Part shown: positions 35,501-48,494 of the stretch, piece after piece
How the letters are laid out: each line of letters starts with the position of its first letter
Numbering within the stretch: the first letter of the stretch is position 1
NCBI GenBank assembly: GCA_002269645.1
Contig: NIVC01000696.1
Location: 372,001-436,000, forward strand
Direction of reading: 5' to 3'
Length of the DNA: 64,000 bases
Source: Macrostomum lignano
Lineage: Eukaryota
The notes under the pieces: model-generated
The model's input: only the letters and a program-made list of their open reading frames with translations
The model's database searches: none
What the model was told of the DNA's origin: nothing
Translations under genes and position numbers: made by a program

Positions 35501-37307
35501 CCCTGAACAGAGACCGGACCCGGGCCGGTGCAAAAGCCGGGATTGAGTACGTCACCTGACCGTTGACGCCAGCGTCCCCATCGATGGCTTTTACTTGCAG
35601 AACCTTAACAAAATTTTTGACAAATTTTTATTAAAGAATTAGCATTCCTACACCGGTAGTATGTTATGTTCTCAAATTCTTTGTAAACTGCAACCGATAG
35701 CTGCGGATCTACTTGTTATGGCTAATTATATAGCTAACAAAGGTGACGAAGGTGACGAAGGGAAAGAAGATGCATTTGGTAAAGTGTGGGGAGATTGAAT
35801 GGAAGGGGGGGGGCAGAAAGCTATTGTGGCTGCGCTGTCTCCATACTAAATTCTCAGCTACTCCTGGAAACAAAGAGAACCGTGCGGTCATTTGTAGCAG
35901 AGTTGTGAAGAGTGAGAAATCCCTAGCGAGGGCAATTCATCTCTCTGCTGCCCAACACTTCATCTCTATTCATCCACTACTTCGACGCCCACTTCTGCTG
36001 GCCCTGCTGGTACAGCTAACTAAAAATATCATCATGAAGCTGCAACTCCTCCAGGTTTTGTATGCTTGCTGCTTTGTCAACGTTTCTATGACAATGCATA
36101 CCAAATTGAAAGGTGCTACAGTATTGAGTTCATTGCTGATGGAGAGAAAAGCGAGAGTGAATACTATGCTCAAGAAATTGATTTTTATAGTAATGTTGCT
36201 CGTATTAGTTCGTCGTATTAGTACAGACGTATTTCATAATTATGTCTGTCTCCCACAAGACACGCCGGATAGGTACAAAAAGATATTATAAAACTTAGTC
36301 TCCTTAACTCTATTTTCATGCTTTTTGGTATGGCGAGGAAAGAAAGTTAAGGTGAAAAGCGTTTTCAGAAAGCTGGTCTCACGGAAGTTCCAGGCGTTGC
36401 ATCTTCTCTAACGCTTGCCGAGTAGCGCTGCTGCTCAAAGAGGGGCTGGTTGTCATTTTCATCAGCCACGCTAACAATCACCGACACTGTGCCGTTTCGA
36501 CCTGGGATGCCGCCGTCGTAAGCAGCCAGGACCAGCTGGTAGGAGTCGCAAGACTCCCTGTCCAACTTTCGCAGCAGCCTGAGCCGCAGCTGTGTGTCAC
36601 CCGCCGCGGAGACATCATGCTGCAGCTCAAACTCTGGGTGAAGAGGTGGCAGCAGGCGGTAGCCGCGAACGCCATTGGCACCCGCGTCGAGATCGTCAGC
36701 AGGTGGCAGGGTGCGAAACTCGCCCGGAGCGCTCGCCTCACTGAACTCGCGTGTCAGTTTAGGGGCGAGCCAGTGGGGCGCGTTGTCGTTGATATCGTTT
36801 ACGGTGACCTCTACGGAGATCACGTAGGTGTACTCCCTGTCCGACTGCACCTAGATTGCGGGTTGTAGCCGCAGCTTAAATGACTTAGATGGCATTTTGT
36901 GTATTCAAAACGTTCGACTTCATCACTCATAACTGCACCGTTCTCACCTGCAGCATCAGCCTGCAAGAGGTGACACTACGATCGCAGCAGGCAGCGGCAT
37001 CGGCGCACATTCGGTCTCTGTCCAGCCGCTGGCTAACCAGCAGCCGACCGCTCCGGCTGGACAGCTGAAAGTACCGCACAGCCCCGGAAGGAGCGGAGTT
37101 GAATATCCGGAACTCCGGCTCCAGTCCCCGCGCCAGCCGGTGGCCACGGGCTCGCAGCGCTGCAAGCAGATCGGCCAGCTCGGTTCCCACGGGCACCTCC
37201 TCATCCACGAACGTAGCCAGCTCGATGGAGGTCGATTCCGCCGCTGTCGGCACGACGAGGGCGGCAGCGAAGATCGCGCACAGAGAGATGGCGGCGGCAG
37301 TCCGCAT
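29582..37307 (-). CDS. Protocadherin with 7 cadherin repeats (delta-like); exons 37307-36948, 36850-36383, 35603-35229, 34821-34182, 32976-32230, then probably 30551-30421, 30049-29863, 29637-29582
   Basis: Signal peptide, LDRD/LDRE motifs, six DxND(N/E)xP linkers followed by a seventh repeat, TM FIVIAGLVFATAAFLLVLVTGLLVI. GT-AG junctions are phase-compatible. The three cytoplasmic exons are less certain. Confidence 0.85.
30600..30905 (-). mobile_element. tRNA-derived CORE/MIR-like SINE
   Basis: Plus strand cccattttacagctgggtgaactga...gttaagtgtcttgctcaaggacac...gaatcgaacc resembles the reverse of the MIR/CORE body; minus-strand B-box GGTTCGATTCTC. Confidence 0.6.
31034..31559. repeat. 39-bp tandem repeat, ~13.5 copies
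   Basis: Unit catggccgttatgctctgtgctgtggagttgtaattt(g/c)g; explains ORFs 30977..31543, 31030..31566 and 31049..31675. Confidence 0.98.
33090..33210 (+). repeat. Dispersed repeat, copy B (copy A at ~4075-4205)
   Basis: Shared cacgctcacacagggtgtacagcggccctg and taatcgtcaggc blocks. Confidence 0.8.
34012..34025. promoter_or_regulatory. RFX X-box-like palindrome GTTGCTATGGAAAC in protocadherin intron 4
   Basis: Fits the X-box consensus GTTGCY-AT-GGNAAC. A single 14-mer match with no functional evidence. Confidence 0.35.
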
Positions 37308-38481
37308 GAGTTTCACTGCAGCGTAGGGGAGCGGGAGCACCTCGATTTTGGCTTCCTCAATCCAGGTATTCCCCTGCTAATTAGGTGTTGAGGCTGAACA
37401 AGGTACCGGATGGAGGGAGAAAAACTGTATTTCTGTTCAATACAGTTAATAGTCAGCCTGAGTTTCATTCATTGCATCGAGTACTCAGACAGTTTGGAGT
37501 AAGTCAATATCAGATTTGCGATTTTAGTGGTAAAGTTAGGTTAAAGAAATAAAGAAAAACAATAAAGAAATAAAGAGCGCATGGAAATACGAGTACAACG
37601 ACACGCAGCGAATTAAGAACAGACTATTCTCAGTTAATTAATTTCATTTTTAAATTCATTAATGGCAGCAACAGCGAACCAAATAAGAATCTAATTTTCA
37701 TCTATTAGTTGGCGCGGGTCTGCAGCCCCAGCAAGAAGTCTATTAGCGCAGCTTCACAGAGAAAGACGGAGAGATGAAGAGCTGCAAGTAGAGGAGAATA
37801 TGAGTGGGGGCGGATGGGTTAGTTGGGGGCAAGCTGGGCTACGGGATGAGGGAAGCCCACTTCCTCAGCCGCAGAGGATCTGAGATGAGGGAGGCTGGCT
37901 GAATCAAACAATGCCGGCCTGAATTGAAAGTCTGCGAGTAGAAGAAAGGAGAGAGAGGAGACTCAGAGGGATTCCTGCAAAGAGAGAAAAGTTGGGCAAA
38001 AAGTACGATCGTCAGCGTCGAAGCCCGTAGAGGGCTGGCTGCAAGTCTGCGGGCTGGGTTCAACAGACCTGGCTGAGCAGCTCGAACCCAGTCCGGATTT
38101 ATGCATCCAGCTCAGCGTCGAATATCTGAAGTGGCTGGATTGTGGGCAGAATTTCTTCCTGCTTCCGTGCTCAGCAGATTCTATTCAAGCGCCAGCATCC
38201 TTGTGGGACCTCCATCGTGGAGAAGTGTTTTCTTTGGTGGGTGCTTGAGAACAAGAGCTCTCTTTGTGGACTCTCCCCGGTCTTCTTCACTAGCAGCATT
38301 TACAACTGCTTTAAAAAAGACTGATAATACATACAAAAATAGGAGAGCTAGGCAAACAGTTTCTGTAAGGTAAATGGGAGTAGCAGAGACTGTGGCTTGC
38401 GCTGATTGGCCAGTCAAGCGTTTGCCAGGTTTCCTGTGGGTAGTCGATTCGTATGGAATAGAAGTCAATTCGTAAGAATAT

Positions 38482-39012
38482 GTCAGTTCAACCCTAATTA
38501 GTTAGGGCCCGGTCAGTTCAACCCTAATTAGTTAGGGCCCGGTCAGTTCAACCCTAATTAGTTAGGGCCCGGTCAGTTCAACCCTAATTAGTTAGGGCCC
38601 GGTCAGTTCAACCCTAATTAGTTAGGGCCCGGTCAGTTCAACCCTAATTAGTTAGGGCCCGGTCAGTTCAACCCTAATTAGTTAGGGCCCGGTCAGTTCA
38701 ACCCTAATTAGTTAGGGCCCGGTCAGTTCAACCCTAATTAGTTAGGGCCCGGTCAGTTCAACCCTAATTAGTTAGGGCCCGGTCAGTTCAACCCTAATTA
38801 GTTAGGGCCCGGTCAGTTCAACCCTAATTAACTAAGGCCCCATTCAGTTCAACCCTAATTAACTAAGGCCCCGTTCAGTTCAACACAAATCCAGGCCCGG
38901 TCAGTTCAACACAAATCCAGGCCCAGTCAGTTCAACACAAATCCAGGCCTGGTCAGTTCAACACAAATCCAGGCCCAGTCAGTTCAACACAAATCAAGGG
39001 CCCGGTCAGTTC
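38482..39012. repeat. 30-bp tandem repeat (11 exact copies) decaying into ~25-bp variants
   Basis: Unit gtcagttcaaccctaattagttagggcccg runs 38482-38811, followed by two variants and then ~5 gtcagttcaacacaaatccaggccc units. Confidence 0.97.
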
Positions 39013-39918
39013 ATCTTGTGGCTTTGCTTACCTGAAAATGACGCAAGCCTAGTAACCCCAGAAACATATCCGCTGCCTCAAGTAATCAGGTAGTTGTCAG
39101 GTAAAGCCTTCTAAATAGCGTTTTTAGCGCTTATGAGAATCTATAGATAATAGCGCATACTACTCATTTAAGAATACAAATACTACCGATTTTCTCATTA
39201 CATGGATACAAACTTGCACTGGACGATAGTAGTTCATCCACTGTCCAGAGTAGCATCTACTACGGCTCTGGACTTTCCCTTTAGCCAATAGAAGTGTTTA
39301 CCGAGCTCTGGCCAATTTTGCATGTGCGAACAGACATGCAGGCTCATGTCTACATCTCCCATTTTAATCTCTCACGCCACATCCTTGCGGTTCGGGCTTT
39401 GGGGTTTTGCATCGCCCCGCAGATCAAACAGGCTGGTGGCGCAGACTGGATAACAGGCTCAGTGCAGGATGATGGAGTGCTCAGAAATTTATTCCACTTT
39501 GCCTTATCTGCAGCTGGAACCGCGGATGCTCACTTCAACCTCTTATAAATCTTTTGAAACTTTATTTTGAGCATTTTTGGCAGAGTAGGTAGGTTCTCTG
39601 AAAGTTTAAGCAACTAAAACCGAATCGTGCTCACCAGTGCTCAGCAGCAGCGTCTGTGTAGATTAAATTAAAAATTCAGAAAATCAGGTATTATTCAATT
39701 TCAAATGCATCATGGACTGTGTTGGGATTTTCAAAGAAAAGCCTGCTACTACCAAACTTTAATAGGTGACAGATTTACACTGAAAATCGACTGTTGTTGG
39801 CGACGTGATGAGCTAGTTAGTTTTATCCCCAGTCTGAAGCCTGAAGCAGCCAATCAGCGAAGGCGATGGGTAAGTGAGGGGGTTGAGGCCGCTGCACTCT
39901 CCAGTTAATAAAAAGCTC

Positions 39919-41409
39919 AGACACTTCATATCTCAGACACTTCATATCTCCGACACTTCATATCTCAGACACTTTATATCACCCCCCGACAATTCATATC
40001 TCAAACACTTCATATCTCAGACACTTAATATCTCAAACACTTCATATCTCCGACACTTCATATCTCTGACACTTCATATCTCCGACACTTCATATCTCAG
40101 ACACTTCATATCTCCGACACTTCATATATCAGACTCTTCATATCTCCGACACTTCATATCTCAGACACTTCATATCTCCGACACTTCATATCTCCGACAC
40201 TTCATATCTCAGACACTTCATATCTCCGACACTTCGTATCTCCCCCGACACTTCATATCTCAGACACTTCATATCTCCGACACTTCATATCTCCAACACT
40301 TCATATCTCCCCGACACTTCATATCTCAGACACTTCATATCTCCGACACTTCATATCTCAAACACTTCATATCTCCGACACTTCATATCTCAGACACTTC
40401 ATATCTCCGACACTTCATATCACCGACACTTCATATCTCAGACACTTCATATCTCCGACACTTTATATCTCGCCCCGAAAATTCATATCTCAAACACTTC
40501 ATATATCCGATACTTCATATCTCCGACACTTCATATCTCCGACACTTCATATCTCAGACACTTCATATCTCAAACACTTCATATCTCAGACACTTCATAT
40601 CTCCGAAACTTCACATCTCAGACACTTCATATCTCAAACACTTCATATCTCCGACACTTCATATCACCGACACTTCATATCTCCGACACTTCATATCTCA
40701 GACACTTCATATCTCCGACACTTCATATCTCCGACACTTCATATCTCAAACACTTCATATCTCCGACACTTCATATCTCAGACACTTCATATCTCCCCCG
40801 ACACTTCATATCTCCGACACTTCATATCTCCGACACTTCATATCTCCGACACTTCATATCTCCGACACTTCATATCTCAGACACTTCATATCTCCCCCGA
40901 CACTTCATATCTCCGACACTTCATATCTCCGACACTTCATATCTCAGACACTTCATATCTCCCCGACACTTCATATCTCCGACACTTCGTATCTCAGACA
41001 CTTCATATCTCCGACACTTCGTATCTCCCCCGACACTTCATATCTCAGACACTTCATATCTCCGACACTTCATATCTCCGACACTTCATATCTCCCCGAC
41101 ACTTCATATCTCCGACACTTCGTATCTCCCCCGACACTTCATATCTCAGACACTTCATATCTCAAACACTTCATATCTCCGACACTTCATATCTCCCCGA
41201 CACTTCATATCTCCGACACTTCATATCTCTCCCGACGCTCCATATCTCAGACACTTCATATCTCCGACGCTCCATATCTCAGACACTTCATATCTCCCCC
41301 GACACTTCATATCTCAGACACTTCATATCTCCGACACTTCATATCTCAGACACTTCATATCTCAAACACTTCATATCTCCGACACCTCATATCTCCGACA
41401 CTTCATATC
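39919..41409. repeat. 16-bp minisatellite acacttcatatctc(c/a)g, ~90 degenerate copies
   Basis: Direct reading; explains the spurious 513-aa ORF 39874..41415. Confidence 0.97.
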
Positions 41410-42251
41410 GGATAAACTGAGATAGCTAGGCCACTTTGTTTATCAGAACGGGTTGCAACCAGCGTATGCTTTCTATGCCTGGATTAGCTTCGACTGTTAT
41501 GGCACAAAAATACCTCTACGATGCATGATAAAAATACAGTTTACCGTTTTGCTGTCTCGCGAAATTGAGAGGCATCAACCTGTTTTCTTTAACCTACCTG
41601 CGACTGCTGCGCAGCAATGGCACAGAAATGAGGCAGTGGCTGCGCTAGAGACCTTGTGTTCTGTGCTCACGCATCTCGAGAAATCCCCCCTGCTGAGAGG
41701 CTAGCGGGCTTGAAGGCCTTGGTTGGAGCTTTTGGGTTTTCCTAATCGCCGAGAGTCTTAGAATTTTTTGCATAAACTGCGCCTGCGTCTGCCCCAAGCA
41801 TTCTTCACCCGGTTCAGTGAGCTTTGAGAGTTCGAAGTGCCTGTCGTGGTGTTATCTAATGAGCATCTCCAATGCTTAACAGACAATGCTAGAGAGCGTT
41901 TGAGATTTGCCCACTCAAAATGAAGCGGGTCTTGCAGCTTCTATGCATTCTTCGCACTAATCTACTGTATTTTAATAGCAGCCGTCTCTTATTTGCAACC
42001 TTTTTATCTGGTTTTCAAAAGAGAAAGGATGCAAGGAACACCAAGCACGGATAGAATATTTCCATCAATTATTGTAACACAAACAGACAAAAAATGTTGA
42101 ACATGTGCTTCAGCGTTACCTTTGCAAAAGTGCCAATGGTTGAATCCTTAAGGAGAGATTCTCTTTTTCTCTATGGAGATTGTGACCCACCAAGAAAGAT
42201 TTGGCAAGAGATAATAAATCACTGTTATTAGGCAGTAGTTCTGGTTCTCTG

Positions 42252-44747
42252 TTAGCTCGTTGGCAAGGCACACTGGTCGATGGCCCGAATCAGATAGTCT
42301 ACAAAGTTGACCTCGCTGCCCGCCAGCCCCCTGGGTCCGAGTTTTTCGCGGCGCATGTCGTTGCGAAACTGCAACGCCGTCTTGGCGGTCAGGCGGGCCA
42401 TTTTGGCCGTCTCGCGCCCCTCTCTCAGTATCAGGCGGCGAAATTCGGACAACGTCATTCGGAACAGCACCGCCTCCGTCTGCGACACCGCCGTAGCCAT
42501 GCGGCTGGGCAGTTGAGCGAGAACTTCAAAGTCGCCCAGCATGCCGTGACGGCTGACGCAGCTCCAGATCACCCGGGGTCCCGAGCCGAAGCCAGCAGAG
42601 GAAGTTTGCGGTCGCCGGCGACGCGGTCCTACGGCTGACTTCCTGTCGAACTTCGGGGCGCCACTGCTCGGCAGGACCGAGTAGACATTCTTCGCCTGCA
42701 GATGAAGCTCGTACTGCCCCGCCAGCCTCCTGGTATCCACGTACAGCAGCACCTCGCCGCTGAAACCCGGGTTTTGCAAAGCTTTGTTCCTTTACTCGTA
42801 GGATTTTCAGTTGAAATGTCAATCTTGAATTGCCATTGAATTGAGAAGCTTTTAAAAGTTATTTTACAAATTCTTCTAACTCGCAAACTCAAGCATCTTC
42901 ATATTACAGGATATGCCGTAAGTCCGGGGCCCGACGTTTTAACGTTTAACGTTTTAACCGCAGGGGCCTCAGAGAGGTGAGAGGCGAGATGAGAGATGCG
43001 ATGAAAGAAGAAGAGAAGAAGAAATGAGAGAGAAGATAGGAGTAGATAAGAGAGGCGAGAGGAGAGAGGAAAGAGCAGAGCAGAGATATTAGGAGAGGAG
43101 AGAAGAGATGAGAGATGAGAGTAGAGAAAGGCGAGAAGAGGGTAGAGAGGAGAGAACTGAGAAGAGATATGAGAAGACACAAACCCTTAGCGGGCGGGAT
43201 TGCTATTGTAAAGTTTTAAAGGACCCGAGGGCCGGATAGAGAGGTTTCGCGGGCCGGAGTTGCCGACCCCCGCCGTAAGTGATTTATTGTCCGGTCAGAA
43301 ACACATAATTTTCTGCCCCCTTTAACTTCGGAAAATTATAGCTTATATTAAAGCTATCCTGGCTTAGGGTGCAGGCTACGAGACAAGAAATGACAGCTTA
43401 ATCGGCTTTACCTGACAATGAAATAGACGTCCTCGATTTTGTCACCCTGACGCACAATAATGTCACTATTGTTGTACTTCTGCTTCATCAGGGCTCGGAT
43501 GAACTGCTGCTTCAGCTTCGGATTGAAATTGCTCACCAAGTGAAAGCTACTGGCAAATGATTCTCGCTCCTGCTCAAGCTTTTCTAACGAGCTCTCCAGG
43601 GTTCGCTGATACAATGACCTGGATATCCGGATCATGGTGCACGAGTCCGAGCTGACAATTACATTTGCAGTTCGCACCACCTTGCGTAGGAGGGCGACTT
43701 CTCCAATGACGGCCCCTTCTGAATGAGATGCAGGAATGCACAAAATAAGTGAATAGAAAGTACGAATTAAAACGGCTTAACGAGTATTTAACCAGCTTTT
43801 ATATATTTCTATCAAGGGAGCAGTCTCTATAGTTAATAATTGATATCGCTGCTTGTCAAACGCACTTACGCCCGACAACGCCGACCAATACGCCTAGTGC
43901 GTCACCGAACTCTTTGGCTCCTCCGTGAATGACGTCACCCTCCTTGCAGGCCGGCCCTTCTGAAGAGGACACGCGGACCTCGCACTCGCCCAACAGGATG
44001 ATGTACATGAAGTCACCGTTCTCACCCTGACGAATGAGCAGTTTACCTCGGGTCTGAGTTTCTAGCACTGAGTACTTGACCAATTCCTTCAGTACGTCTG
44101 TAAATGAGAAATGACGAAAATCCTTATGGACTAGTTCCTTTTTTGTCAGTTGCAAAACTCAGTGGCTCAGAGGATGTCTATTCCGTTCTGTGTCGTACTT
44201 CAGAAATTAAAAAGGCCTCTGAACAAGTCTTCACAGATAAATAAGAAATTTGTTTCAGTGAACGACAGACGAGACTAAAGGAGTTGAAGCAGTTCAGTTG
44301 GAATGACGTCATTTTTTATCTACTCAAGTCCTTCTCCATCTGAAATATTTTTCTACGCTGAGATTGAAGTAAATTTATTGTGATGAGAAGTCTGTCTGTG
44401 AACTTCTAGCTGTGCTTCCGTTTGGTTGAAATATCTCGAACAGAATAGCACTTTACAATACTAGAGAACAAGATTTAAATCCTGTAACCAACAACGGGAT
44501 CAAAGAATCGCCAAATCAGAGCCAGACAGGAAGCACCGCTACCTTCACGCAAGGAAGAAAAAACATCGAATAGCATCTACTCACTATCCTCCAGCTCTCC
44601 CAGCACGCACATTTTTCCCCGCTGCGCCTCTGCTCGGGACAGGTCTTTGAACCAGGCCATGATCATCCGCATGTCGTCCTCGTTCCGCCGCTGCGGCTCT
44701 ACCAGCAGGGCCCGGTTGACTCGCTCAGCTAGTAGCTCCGTGTCCAT
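42252..44747 (-). CDS. Protein with two cyclic-nucleotide-binding domains (CNBD2-like); exons 44747-44585, 44097-43870, 43718-43412, 42759-42252
   Basis: LIRQGENGDFMYIILLGEC, GAVIGEVALL...RTANV, IVRQGDKIEDVYFIVSGEV, MLGDFEV. Splice phases 1, 1 and 2 are compatible. Confidence 0.8.
42968..43170. repeat. GA-rich low-complexity tract in an intron
   Basis: Almost entirely purine gaga/gaag sequence. Confidence 0.85.
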
Positions 44748-45376
44748 AGTAACAGGTCGCCTCCGATAACTTTCCGCTATAGAGCCCTATGAGCCGATGG
44801 GCCTGGCTGATCTGCCTGGATGTGTCTCAGATTTGTACGCACCTTCATTTTATTCTTCTGCGCGCATCTTTTCGGACAGTTTTCTCTCCGTTATTAGCAT
44901 TCATTTTCCATTGGTCTGAGAAGCCGCTTATGCAGCCTCTAATTGCCCCATTCTAGCGTTATGGTGGTTGGACAGCATTGAAATTACAGCAGAGGGCGCT
45001 TTCTGGTATTCCAGCAGCCTGCACTGAACCCTCGAATCCAGTAACCCAGCCTCACAAGCCTTCATCTATGGCAATCCACAAAAGTAATATTAAAAAGTTA
45101 AAACCCCATATTCTCTGCATGGAATACTGATTTCGTGGTGCAGATAAAATGATATTGGTTGGTGTTGCCGGATTGAACGTATGTGATGAAAAAATGCCAC
45201 AGACAACTTTGGAGCCGGGCCGGGGCCGATAAGAGTTGCATTGATAAGTGTGCAGCTTTTGTTAATTCGTTCCTCGCTTAATTTAAAATCTGAAGAGTTA
45301 GGCGTAGATGAGCAACTAAGCCATGTATAGCGCATCTGGGGAACAGAAATTAGAGACCCCAAAGGAAACCGCCGAT

Positions 45377-46981
45377 ATGAAGCGTCGCTGGACCTTTAAG
45401 AGCGTCGTTCTTGGCGACAGCGGCGTCGGCAAGACGTGGCTTGTGGACACCGCGCTGGCGGGTCTGAGCGGCCAGGACGATCGAGAGAAAGACGCTGGCA
45501 CGGATGAGGCGGGTGACCACAGTCAGGAAGCGGGAACTGTCGGTGTGACATTCAACCTGGCTAAGATGGAGTTGGAAGGAGGCAGCACAGTGATGCTGCA
45601 GGTGTGGGATACTTCAGGCAAGGAGAGGTGAGAACTGCTGCTCAATTCTGCTATTTTACTTCGAAGAAAAAGATTCAGATGTCTTCATCTAGCTCAGGTA
45701 GAGTCATCCAGATTCAGACTTATTCATCTAGATCAGGTAGAGTCATCCAGATTCAGATGTCTTCATCTAGCTCAGGTAGAGTCATCCAGATTCAGATGTC
45801 ATCATCTAGATCAGGTAGAGTCATCCAGATTCAGATGTCATCATCTAGATCAGGAAGGGTCATCCTGCAGAAAAATCGGGAAATTGGAAGTACGAGCGTA
45901 TTTTACGTACCTAAAGTTCAAGAAGGCATCATCCAGATTCAGGTGTTTTTATCTAGATCAGATAGAGTCATCCAGATTCAGATGTCTTCATCTAGATCAG
46001 ATAGAGTAATCCAGATTCAGATGTCTTCATCTAGATCAGATAGAGTCATCCAGATTCAGATGTCTTCATCTAGATCAGGTAGAGTCATCCAGATTCAGAA
46101 GTCTTCATCTAGATCAGATAGAGTCATCCAGATTCAGATGTCTTCATCTAGATCAGGTAGAGTCATCCAGATTCAGATGTCATCATCAAGTTCAGGTATA
46201 GAGTCATCCAGATTCAGATGTCTTCATCAAGTTCAGGTATAGAGTCATCCAGATTCAGATGTCTTCATCAAGCTCAGGTATAGAGTCATCCAGATTCAGA
46301 TGTCTTCATCTAGCTCAGGTAGAGTCATCCAGATTCAGATGTCTTCATCTAGCTCAGGTAGAGTCATCCAGATTCAGATGTCTTCATCTAGCTCAGGTAG
46401 AGTCATCCAGATTCAGATGTCTTCATCAAGCTCAGGTAGAGTCATCCAGATTCAGATGTCTTCATCAAGATTCCGAACGCTCGTAGTTTATACTCTGCGA
46501 GAATTTAATCGAAACAAAATGAACCCAACAACTATTCACTATCAGGTACCGAGGCCTCCTGGCCAACTACATGATTGACCTCAGCTGCGCGATCATTGCC
46601 TTCGATCCTTGCCGAGACTCGGCGGAAGCCTGCTGCGCCGCTCTGGCTGGCTGGCATCAGCTGGTGCTCGAGAACTTAAGCTGCGCTGCCACTTCGCCTA
46701 GCATTCTGTTCTGCGTGGTTGCCATTTTCGGCTGCGATGCCGATGGTGGCGGACGGGGCGACAGTCTCGGCGGCAACGGCAGCAGTGGCGGCGGCTGCCG
46801 CGGATGCCGCTGCGACCACCTGCGCTGCCTTTCCGCAGGCCGGGCATTTGCCGAGACGCTCAGGGGCCGCTTCTTCCAATGCCGCCAAGTCCCTGACGCA
46901 TGCGGCCGGCGCACCTGCCAGTGGCTGGATGGGCAGCAGCTCAGCGCCGCCTGGCTCGGCTGCGAGCTTCTGCGCCGCTAA
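45377..46981 (+). CDS. Atypical Rab/Ras-like small GTPase; join(45377..45627,46546..46981)
   Basis: KSVVLGDSGVGKT (G1), TVGVTF (G2) and VWDTSGKER (G3), spliced in phase 2 to YRGLLANYMIDLSCAIIAFD. No NKxD box found; 3' end uncertain. Confidence 0.7.
45672..46470. repeat. 39-bp tandem repeat (~19 copies in two blocks) filling the GTPase intron
   Basis: Unit agagtcatccagattcagatgtcttcatctag(c/a)tcaggt, interrupted at ~45866-45925; explains the RVIQIQMSSS ORFs. Confidence 0.95.
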
Positions 46982-48494
46982 TTCTGTCCGCCATCACGGC
47001 CGCTGGTCAGGCTGGGGACGGCCGGCACTGCGGAGGAGGCACCGCTGAGACGGCGGCAGGCCAGGAGCTGCTGCCAGCTGCTGGCTACTCAGCTGCACTC
47101 GCTGCTGCGGCTGCCCGCCATGGCTTTCCTTCTGCTGCTCAGCCGCCGAGCCCCGGACCAAAAGTGAAGCGGCGGGGTTCCAAAGTGCTTACAATTGATA
47201 GTAGGAGTCACTGGTTCAGCCTGCGGTAATGAGCAACTTATAACAGACTGCGAACGGATTAACCTAAATTCTATTTTTATCACCTAAATCGTTATAGATT
47301 GCTGTGGCGCCTTCTAGAACTAACTGAGTTCTACTCGTGTCATTTGGTTTCGATTTTGTTTAACTTTTATTTACATGTAGTTCTTTACTGCAATCCATTC
47401 TACTAAAGTGCAACCATAATCAATAGGGCGCAAAATTGTATGGAATATTAAAAATTACAATGCACAATGCAAAATGAGCAGAAATTCTCTATTGTAATGA
47501 GCGATTCACCTTTTCGACGCGAATCCAATTTCTTATAATAATTTCTTCTTGAATCATTTTACCAAGTGCAGTGATTTTGATACAAATAAAACAAATAATT
47601 TACACCAGGCAATTTTGAATCGAGATTGTTCAGGAAGCCTGTTTGAAGAGTTTTACTTCGTAACCAGAAGGTAATCGTATAAAACTGTAGTACATTTTCT
47701 GAAGTTGACATCACCGTACTATTTAGGAATGGGAATAAAGGGTGCTTGCTTCTCACCCCCTACCTTTGTGTTTTGCGCCTCACCAAATTCGAGCTGGGAA
47801 ATCTACTTGGAATGGCTAGGAATGGCTTGGCGCTCTGGTTATAAAGAAGTTTGTACTCGGTCATTACGGAGCTGTCGTGAATAACTGGTATCTGGACTAT
47901 CTGGTAAATTTGTGCTGGAACTGTGTGCTACGGGCAGTAAAATTTTCATGCCCAGTGAAAGTGAAAAACGCTGGTGCAGGATTTGAATTAGAGAAGACGC
48001 TGCAGGTGCAAAAAGGAGCTGAGAACGCGGCATGCAGTTCATGTAAAACGTGTGTACAGGTAAAAAACAGGATGCACTTTTAGAGGAAGCACGCAAGCCA
48101 ATTGTTTCTGGTCCAGAGGATCACAGTCAATCATTCAATTCGCATAAATTCGAGAGGAAAAGAACGATATAGCAGGCAAAGTTATTGAGGATAAATAAAG
48201 TTGGATAGCTGTGCAAATTTCGAATCCAAATTTCTATTATCTGTCACTGAACTAATTACGAGCTAGTAATCAACTTTAGTCCATTTGGCTAGTGCCAGAA
48301 CAATACAAATATTCTACTACGAGCTTGCTAGTTGATAAAAGTGGAAGTCCGATTCTACATAGAGAATCTGCAGCTTTGGAAGGCATTCGGTTTTCAAATA
48401 AAAATATTGTAAAAGTTGCAGTTAGTTCGCTGGGAAAACTTTTTACAAAATTGAAGCTGATTCAACACAGCTCAGCATTTACTGCGGCCAGCTG

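Noticed and set aside
35743-36291. 182-aa plus-strand ORF in protocadherin intron 2
   Set aside because: It has no recognisable domain or splice support.
39874-41415. 513-aa ORF
   Set aside because: It is the translation of a 16-bp minisatellite that lacks stops on the plus strand; there is no protein-like content.
45604-46578. RVIQIQMSSS ORFs
   Set aside because: They come from the intronic 39-bp tandem repeat, which is removed by a phase-compatible splice.
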